This document shows positions 25,857 through 33,770 of a stretch of 33,770 nucleotides of DNA, piece after piece; the first letter of the stretch is position 1; every line of letters starts with the position of its first letter. The stretch spans positions 1 through 33,770 of the forward strand of contig JNEM01009159.1 in the NCBI GenBank assembly GCA_000697335.1. Direction: 5' to 3'. The position numbers and the translations under genes were made by a program. Under the pieces are notes generated by a model. That model ran no database searches and was not told the origin of the DNA. It was given only the letters and a program-made list of their open reading frames with translations. Origin of the DNA: Conidiobolus incongruus B7586 (taxonomy: Eukaryota).

Positions 25857-26691
25857 ATGACCCAAGTGCCAATCAATTCCAGTATTACTAATATGACCAA
25901 AACAATCCCCAACTTCTCCCTAATAGCAGCTGTAGGCAAACATTTAGAAATTGGCTACCAAAACAATCTACCTTGGGGTCCTGGTACAATCCTGGGTGAT
26001 TTGGCATACTACGCCAACGTCTCGTCAATTTTACACTATGTTGAAAATATTGAGACCGCTTTCGACAATCCCAAGAGTTTGAGTGATGAGGAGCGTAGGG
26101 ATTTACTAATGAATCCCAAGAATGTAGTCATTATGGGACGTAACAGCTGGGAAAGTATCCCTAAGGAGTACAGACCCTTAGAGAATCGAATCAATATTGT
26201 AGTGTCAAGAAATCCAGACTACAAATGGTAAATGGTTCCCAACATTCAATATATCAAATACTAAATACTACTAATATAGTGAAGTAAGATCTCCCGAAGT
26301 CGAACACCTGGCTCTTCTAGCAACATCTTTTCAAAATGCGTTGGAAATTGCCAGTAGTTTGGAGCCAACTCCAAAACATATTTTCATTACGGGAGGTACA
26401 TGGTTCTACGAGGAGGCTTTACATCATCCTCAGTGTACTAATCTCTTCATCACTGAAATCTTGTCAGAATCCAAATGGAATTATGATACTTTCTTCCCCG
26501 AGTATAGACATCTCACAGAATATGAGGCACATAATGTGACGAATCGAGCAGTTGAATGGATGACTAAAGTAGATCCTGGATTTGGAGATAAGTTGAAGCA
26601 GTTGATTCATGATACTAATGAGGGGACAATTATTGATAGAAATGAGATTAAGTATAAATTTATGTTATATGTTAAAAAATCAATGGAATAA
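25857..26691 (+). CDS. DFR1: Dihydrofolate reductase, copy 1 (intron 26228-26279)
   Basis: [68 protein letters not shown]. The start may be the ATG at 25893. Confidence 0.9.
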
Positions 26692-27099
26692 ATTTGCTTT
26701 TAGTCATTTTTGAATTTAATATTATTTATTTTGAACTTGAATTCTGATTATTAATTAGTCACAAAATGACCAATATTTTGTAAAATTAATATTAGTAATC
26801 ATGAAATTTTTTTAAAAAATTTTTCAAAATATTATTCCATTTCATAATATTAATCTTTATATTAGAGAAAAGTTTAATATAATTATATTTTCATAATATA
26901 TAAATATAAAAATTCCAAATTATAGATATATTTGGTCTAACATAAGAGTTTCAATTTATATTAATATTATTCAATTTAATATCGCCTATTTAATGATCAT
27001 TGAAATTTTCCATTGTCTAAGAAATCATTTCAACTACTATTTTTTGATCAAGCTTGCAGAATACAATGAAAAAATTTTGAAATTTTAAACTATATATAT

Positions 27100-27430
27100 T
27101 ATCACAGGTCGGGAGACTGTTTGACCATCATAATTTGAATTACTCATTATCCCCGATACAGATCCACCTGCAGAGTGATCAACAAATACCCCCGACCTTC
27201 GGAATCAATCATTCCATCCGACGTGTTACTCCAAGGCCAGGAGGAAGCACCAATCCAACTATAAATATACCAACTGCAACTTAGTTGTCATGTTGGTCCT
27301 CTTCATAGGGATCAGCTCTACAATTCAGGTTAATCAATATACTACCTCTTCATACAATTTAACAGACACTGTCCCCAAAGACTACTATTTAACTAATTTT
27401 ATTTGACACCTGACTTCCCAGCCGGTGTCA
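27100..27430. mobile_element. 331-bp solo-LTR-like or MITE-like insertion
   Basis: GC-richer island with imperfect inverted termini: TATCACAGGTCGGGA versus reverse complement TGACACCGGCTGGGA, 10/15 identical. Ends in CA, has an internal TATAAATA at ~27260, and is flanked on both sides by ATATATAT. Confidence 0.55.
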
Positions 27431-27865
27431 ATATATATTATTCAATTCCATGACAATACTAGTGATATTTTATCAATATCAAATTATATAAGTAGTTTTA
27501 ACAATATAAAAAATTTAAATATTTTGAATTGAATGAATAATGTAAATGAAAAAAATATCAGAATAACTGGTAAAAAGGTATTAATTATGGAATTTATAGA
27601 ATTTTAATTATTTATTTAATAACAGAAAATGACCAATCAAATTAACTAGTATATCTTGGATATCCATGAATTCATTATTAAAGATTGTTCAATCTTTTCC
27701 TTGGTACCATATTGAGTTATTGTGAAAAATTGGTAATAATTTTTGGAACAATTGAATGATTCATTGTAGGTCACATAAAAATTACTACCAATTTTTGGAA
27801 CCCATAATTAAAATTACCTACAAATTCCAATATAATAAGATATTATAATTATTAAATTTCGCGTA

Positions 27866-28699
27866 ATGAATCAATACATGAAAAATTATATAACAAAAAT
27901 GACTTCAAAAATTCCCAATTTCTCTCTAATAGTAGCTGTTGGAAAAAACAGAGAAATCGGTTATAAGAATGATTTACCTTGGGGTCCCAACGTCATGAAG
28001 GGCGATATGTCATACTTTGCCAACGTTACTTCCTTATTGCACTATGTCAACGACATCCAAACTGCTTTCGATAGTCCTAAGACTCTGAGTGACGACGAGC
28101 GTAAAGACCTCTTACAAAATCCTACAAATGTAGTGATTATGGGGCGAAATAGTTGGGAAAGTATCCCCAAACAATTTAGACCTTTACCTAAGAGAAGAAA
28201 TATTGTAATTACTAGAAATCCTGATTATCAATGGTAAATACTTACAAATCTATAAAATACCTGATTTTTAATGAACTTTAACAGTGAAGTCAAATCACCC
28301 GACCTTGCTAACATGGTTACCACTGCATCATCCCTTGATCAAGCATTGGAGATGGCTAGCAATTTCACACCTGCCCCCAAGCATATTTTCGTCACTGGCG
28401 GGACTTTCTTCTACACCGAAGCTATCAAGCATCCCCAATGCACAAATTTGTTCATCACCGAGATCTTATCCGACTCCAACTGGGAGTATGATACATTCTT
28501 CCCCGAGTACAAGCACCTCATTGACTACGTACCCCATAATGTTACTAATGTAGCAATGGATTGGATGAAGAATATAGATCCTCAATTTGTTAAGACTAAA
28601 TTGCCCAAGTTAATTCACGATAGGGACGCTGGAACGATTGAGGATGGTAAAAATATCAAATACAAGTTCATGTTATATATCAAATCTAAAAAAGAATAA
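27866..28699 (+). CDS. DFR1: Dihydrofolate reductase, copy 2 (intron 28234-28284)
   Basis: [62 protein letters not shown]. Same intron position and phase as copy 1. The start may be the ATG at 27899. Confidence 0.9.
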
Positions 28700-29918
28700 A
28701 TTTGCCCTTTAATTAATTTAAAAGAGTTGAAATTTAGCTAATTTTTATCATTTATATCAATACCTCTATAATTTAATAATCAATTTAATTCAATTGAATT
28801 AAAATTCGAATTGAAAATAAATTCAAATTTAATTAATAATAAATACTACAAATATTATAATAGTTTATTCCAATATTCAACCCATCAATAAAGTAGAGTA
28901 TTTATAAAACATACTTGCAAACCTATTCATTTAAGTTATGACAGTAAAAAGTCAATAGATTGACGAATTGATATAATAGCTATTTTAGAAGTTTAGATAA
29001 TAAAATTTATAATTATAAATTTTAAATCAATATATATATTCATTATATCAACACAAAATTGACAAGTATAATAATATCTAATAAAATACAAAGTAAATAT
29101 ATTATGTTCATCATGATTTATCAAAATATTTTTAATCATTTTTGTAGATTGAAATTTTTTAATTTAAAACAAGTATTTTAAATTGAATTTTTATAGTAGA
29201 TATAGTAAAAATTATAAATATTTCAATCAAAGTAATTAAATATTATAATTGTTGATAAATCAAATTAGGTTCATATTGAATAACTGATTATTATTGAATT
29301 TCTATATGATTACTCCCTCATATTTGAAAGATAAACTAAATCAATTATTAACTAATAAAATTTTATAAATATAAAGTTGGAAAATAAAAAATGCTATATT
29401 TTTAATTTCTGATTTTTCAAACATTTTAAAAATAATGAATATTTGAATATAAATAAAATAAATAACAAGATCCATGAAATAAAACAACATAAATATTTAA
29501 CTATACTTGCTATTATTATTTTTTGATTTGATTATTTAAAATATAATTCATATTTAAATAAAAAAATAATTATCAAAAGCATTATATTTAAGTATTATTA
29601 AAACTCAACTATAAACCTCTTAAAAATTACCAGAATTTTAACAAGTAATAATGGTAGTTCCCTATCTAAGATTACATTATGTTGATATAATTATAATTTT
29701 AAATCAAGAATACAAATTATCAAAAATATCCCAAAACTTAGTAACTAAAAATTTACCATTAATCTTTTAAATATTAAAAAGTCAATAATAATATTAAAAA
29801 CTACTTTATAGTTTTATAAAGAAAATAATCATAGTATTTCAAAATCTATTATATAAATATATTAAATATATTCAAATTTATATTAAATTTAGTTAAAAAA
29901 ATAAATATTTATATTTTA

Positions 29919-31238
29919 TTAGTGCAGAAATTAAGTAATGGCATAATTTTAAAATTAAAAATAAACAAATAAATTAATAAATAATATATAAAAATTAATG
30001 AATAATATAAAATTAATAGCCTCTTTTATTATTAATAACTCTTTTCTATACCTTTGGTAAGCTTCTAATACCTAAAAAATAGTTCTTTTTATTTAGGACT
30101 GAAATTTGATATTTTACAAGCTAATTTAATTTGTTTGCAGGAATTTTTTTTCCTGCAAGCTGTTTTTTTAATTGTCTAAAACAATTATAATTATATAGGT
30201 TATAATCAAGTGAATATACTGGATATAGTAACTTCCTCTAATTTTTTTTATATAAAAAATCTTTTATAGCTTTAATTTTTTGTATTTTACAATTATCATA
30301 TAAAATAATAAGTGTCTTTAATTTATATTGAGAACACTATTTAGAAATTGTTTTTTTTAAAAAAGTAATATATAACTTACTATTAATTAATTTTCCTTGA
30401 GATATTAAATAAGAAAACTATATACCATTATAATCTATTACAATAATTAACATTTACTTATATTTAAAGTGCTTATTTATTAGAATTTATAAAGGGGATT
30501 AATTTAGCTTAACCTAATATCTTGTTTTATTTTTAAGTAAAGGACTATATAAAAGAATCTAAGATTCATCAATTATAAGTATTTACTGTAAAAACCTTTG
30601 TTTTTGGTTATACTTTAATAACTTTAATTTAGTTATAGCTACTTTAGTTTTTTTTTAGGCTTCTGTTAAATTATAAGATATCTATTTTGTATTTTTATTA
30701 ATTAATCTAAGTTTAAACTTAAGTAAATATAACATGCTTGTATAATTAATATTAAATTATTTTGATAGTTCTCTAACAAAAATAAAAAGGTATTTCTTAA
30801 TATATTTTTTTACTCTATTAATAAGTAAAAGAGTAATAGTAAAAATTAGTCTTTTAGATTTTGGTAAATTTTGAATAATGTCCCTTCTAGCTTTAAAATC
30901 ACAAATCTAGCAATATATGGTAGTTTTAGATAAAACACCATCTCTATAAGCTGTTTATAAGTTTTAGATGATTTTAAAGGGTTTATAATTAAGTTTTAAA
31001 GATACAAAAATAAAAGCTTTTTGATAATCACAATCTAATTTAAACATAATTAAATTTAAATGTAAATTTTAAAATCAAAATATTTTAATAAAAAAAATAA
31101 TAAAAATTGAATATATATATATAGTTTGAAAAAATTTATTTTCCTATTTATTTTATATATATATAATCTTTCAAAATATATAATATGTTTGAAAGATCAG
31201 AAATTAAAAAATTTGCTATTTTTTAATTTCTATACTAA
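29919..31238 (-). mobile_element. Full-length mariner DNA transposon (element A), 1320 bp
   Basis: TIRs TTAGTGCAGAAATTAAGTAATGGCA (29919) and TGCTATTTTTTAATTTCTATACTAA (ends 31238), with TA on both sides (29917-29918 and 31239-31240). Confidence 0.9.
30013..31047 (-). pseudogene. Mariner (DD34D) transposase pseudogene, 345 codons in one frame, ~17 internal stops
   Basis: MFKLDCDYQKAFIF...TAYRDGVLSKTTIYC*ICDFKARR (HTH). K*ISYNLT corresponds to WxPHxL, IIDES*I to DExW, ILYDNC to LHDN, and YPVYSLDYNLYNY to HPxYSPDxxPxDY. 34 residues lie between the second D and the third catalytic position (AAT here, GAC in element B). Confidence 0.92.
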
Positions 31239-32423
31239 TAATATAAATTTAAGATAATATAGGATAGATATAATTATAAAAATTTTATCAAAATTTAGCC
31301 ACAAATCTAGGCTTTTATATTATATTAATATAGTTGATCAATTTTATTTTTTTGTATTTATTACTTTATTTAGACAAAATTCAAAATTCTAGGTTAAACC
31401 AAAATAAACCCTTTTATAAATTTAAATAAAAAATATACTTTATTTTAAATTAATATTAATTATTACAATAAATTATAATATATACAGAATTTTCATTCAG
31501 TTTTTAAAAATAAAAAAGCTGATTTCAAATTATACATCTTTTTTTAAATTTTTTATTTATTTAAATAATATTTTGAATATAATTTAAAAAACACTTAATT
31601 TATATAATAAATATAAAATATATAAAACTAAAGTTATAAAAGATATTTTTAATAAAAAACTGGTAAAAGTTATTATATAAATTATATTAATAAACCATAA
31701 ACTATATGACTATAGTTGTTTATAACAATTAAAAAATAAACTTGCAAGAAAATAAATTTCAAAGGCTAAATTAACCAGAGTGATAAAATATCAAGTTTTA
31801 GTTTTAAATATAAAAGGCTATTATTAAAATATTAAAAGCTTACCAAAGATATAGAAAAACGTTATTGATAATTAGCAAGAGTATATATTTTAGTTTTCTA
31901 TTTATTTGACTATATTCTAAAATAAAAATTATATTTAAAATTAATTTGAAAAAAGTTCTATAAATAAATTTCCAACTTAATAATTTAAAAAATTTAAAAA
32001 ATTTTATAAAATCCAAATTAATTCAAAAATATAATATTACTTTCTTATATATTCTATTGAAATTTAATTCTATAAATTCAACTAATTATAGCAATATTAA
32101 TGTTACACTTATAAGAATAATTTTTATCTATTATATCTTTATTTTTTTAGATATAAATTATTAACTATATAATTATTAATCAAAAACTTTGCATAGTTAT
32201 ATTTTCAATATGAAATATTTTTTGATATTATTAAAAAGCTAATATATTTCAAAATATATGCTATAATAAGGGTTTTATTATATTGAGCTAATTTTTTTTA
32301 AAAAAATATTAAATATAATTTGAAATATAAATTATATATAATAATTTTTAATTAAAAATATTTATAATTATAACTTAAGATATAAATTTCATATAATGTA
32401 TATGAAATATCAAATATATTATA

Positions 32424-33770
32424 CACTAACCTGCAAAAGTAAGTTATAAAATCAAAAACACCTATATTTTTACTAATAACTTGATTAATATTTAATGAAA
32501 TAAACCTAAATTAAATAATTAAAATCTATTATATTTATTAGTTATATATATCATTAAATGATGATATTTAGCTATTAATTGGCTAAAATATAAACCCTTA
32601 AATTTTACCTAAGGTGAGTTATAAATTTGTGGGTTTTTGGTGATAAAAAAAAATTAAAACCTAGTGTATCTACCTTTAGCTTTTCTAACTTCTTTAAGTT
32701 TGTGGGGTATAGAATCAACTAACTTCTTACACTAGGAAAAGTTAATCTTATTCTATATTTCTTAAATATATTTTTAAAGTTGATTTAAATTTTTTACTAG
32801 GGGGAAAACTTTAATAGTTTTTTTTAACTAATCCCAAAGGTGTTTAATTAGATTAAAGTTAAGAGATTAAAGAAGCTACTTTATAACTATTATCTTGTTA
32901 TTTTTAAGCTATTTGGTAGTAAAAGCTGTAGTATAGCAAAAGACATTATCTTGCTAGAAAATAACATCAGATTTATTTAACCTATATTATTTAATGGTTT
33001 TTTTCAATTTATTGTTTAGAATACTTTAGTACATTTTAGTATTAATTCCCTTATTAACTTTACAAAGATACCCTACACTTAAAAACAACATACATCCTTA
33101 AATAATAATTAACCTACTATTATACTTTTAGGTAGAATTAACATGATAGTTATAAAGTAGTTCTGTATCTTTTCTAAAGTATCTAGCTTTTCTATTAAAT
33201 TTACTAAAGTATATTTTTGTTTCATTAAACTAAATAACCTTACTCTAATCAGTTTCAGTTTAACATTAGTAGTGATATTTAAACTCTTGCCTAGTTTTAT
33301 AGTGGGATTTCTTTAGTTGGGGGTGTTTTTTCTTGAGGTGTAAATGGTATCTATGCTAATGTAAAGTATGTATAATAGTATTAGTGCTAACTAATATTCT
33401 TGTATAGTTTTATAGTTCCTGTTATATTTCTACAATAGTACCACACTTGCTTGTATTAACCAACCTACAAATATACTTCTTATTATATTCATCTATAATT
33501 TTAACACACTTAAGTTTAGGTTTAAATGTTTCTTTATTGTTATTCTTAATAGCTTTAACTATAGTAAACTAGCTAACACTAGTAATTCTAGCAATATCAC
33601 AAGTTGATTTACTTTCTTTATAAAGTTGATTAATATACAAGTGGATTTTTTTAGAGAGGGATTTAAGTATAATGATACTAATAAAAAAAATTTAGTATAT
33701 TTGTAAAATATTATATAAAATAATAACAAAGAGAGAAAAAAGATATGGTTATATATTGTTAAATATATCC
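32424..33770 (-). mobile_element. Tc1-like DNA transposon, runs off the window end
   Basis: TA followed by CACTAACCTGCAAAAGT at 32424, resembling Tc1-type TIR starts, ~230 bp past the transposase stop. The partner TIR is not seen in the window. Confidence 0.75.
32654..33670 (-). pseudogene. Tc1 (DD34E) transposase pseudogene, 339 codons in one frame, ~21 internal stops
   Basis: *TETD*SKVI*FNETKI corresponds to WTxxDWxxVIWSDETKI, II*GCM to MIWGCM, VIF*QDNVFCY to FQQDNAPCH, K*LL*SLNFNLIKHLWD*LK to WPPQSPDxNPIEHLWDxLK, and LVDSIPHKLKEVRKAKGRYTRF* to SMPxRxxxVxKAKGGYT. Start codon reads ATA. D-to-E spacing is 34. Confidence 0.95.

Larger units (their letters stand above)
29372..31980 (+). mobile_element. 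Old degenerate mariner (element B), split by insertion of element A
   Basis: TA-flanked termini TAAAGTTGGAAA (29372) and TTTCCAACTTAA (ends 31980). The 5' part (~29560-29916) aligns by eye to the HTH region of element A. The 3' part (~31241-31893) reads LYDYSCL*QLKNKLARK...IKSLPKI*KNVIDN. About 1287 bp once A is removed; contains indels. Confidence 0.75.

Noticed and set aside
26692..27865. Bifunctional DHFR-thymidylate synthase, suggested by the Plasmodium-like insert
   Set aside because: Both DHFR copies stop right after the last strand and no TS sequence follows.
1..33770. Prokaryotic systems (CRISPR array, operons) or rRNA/tRNA genes
   Set aside because: Spliceosomal introns and eukaryotic genes throughout; no repeat-spacer array or structural RNA recognised.

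Overview
Very AT-rich eukaryotic genomic DNA with many short (~45-55 nt) GT-AG introns. Gene content and style suggest an early-diverging fungus, possibly Entomophthoromycotina (Conidiobolus-like); this taxon call is inference. Host genes, in order: a secreted His1/His-brace LPMO-like protein (3179-3934), a multi-exon SHOC1/Zip2-like meiotic XPF-type gene largely missed by the ORF track (~6255-9161), a second LPMO-like paralog with a Pro-rich tail (11346-12434), an FHA-domain Far9/Far10/SLMAP-like gene (minus), RRP8 (minus, with three apparent homopolymer frameshifts), a JSN1/PUF2-type RRM+Pumilio gene, and two tandem, atypical DHFR genes separated by a 331-bp solo-LTR/MITE-like insert. The last ~4.4 kb has no ORFs but is a DNA-transposon graveyard: a full-length mariner nested inside an older mariner, then a Tc1 (DD34E) element. 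The transposases of the inner mariner and the Tc1 keep their full frame but carry ~17 and ~21 TAA/TAG stops. Their conserved motifs are restored by reversing C>T/G>A transitions alone, which is a RIP-like hypermutation signature. The neighbouring host paralogs and the short insert are spared.
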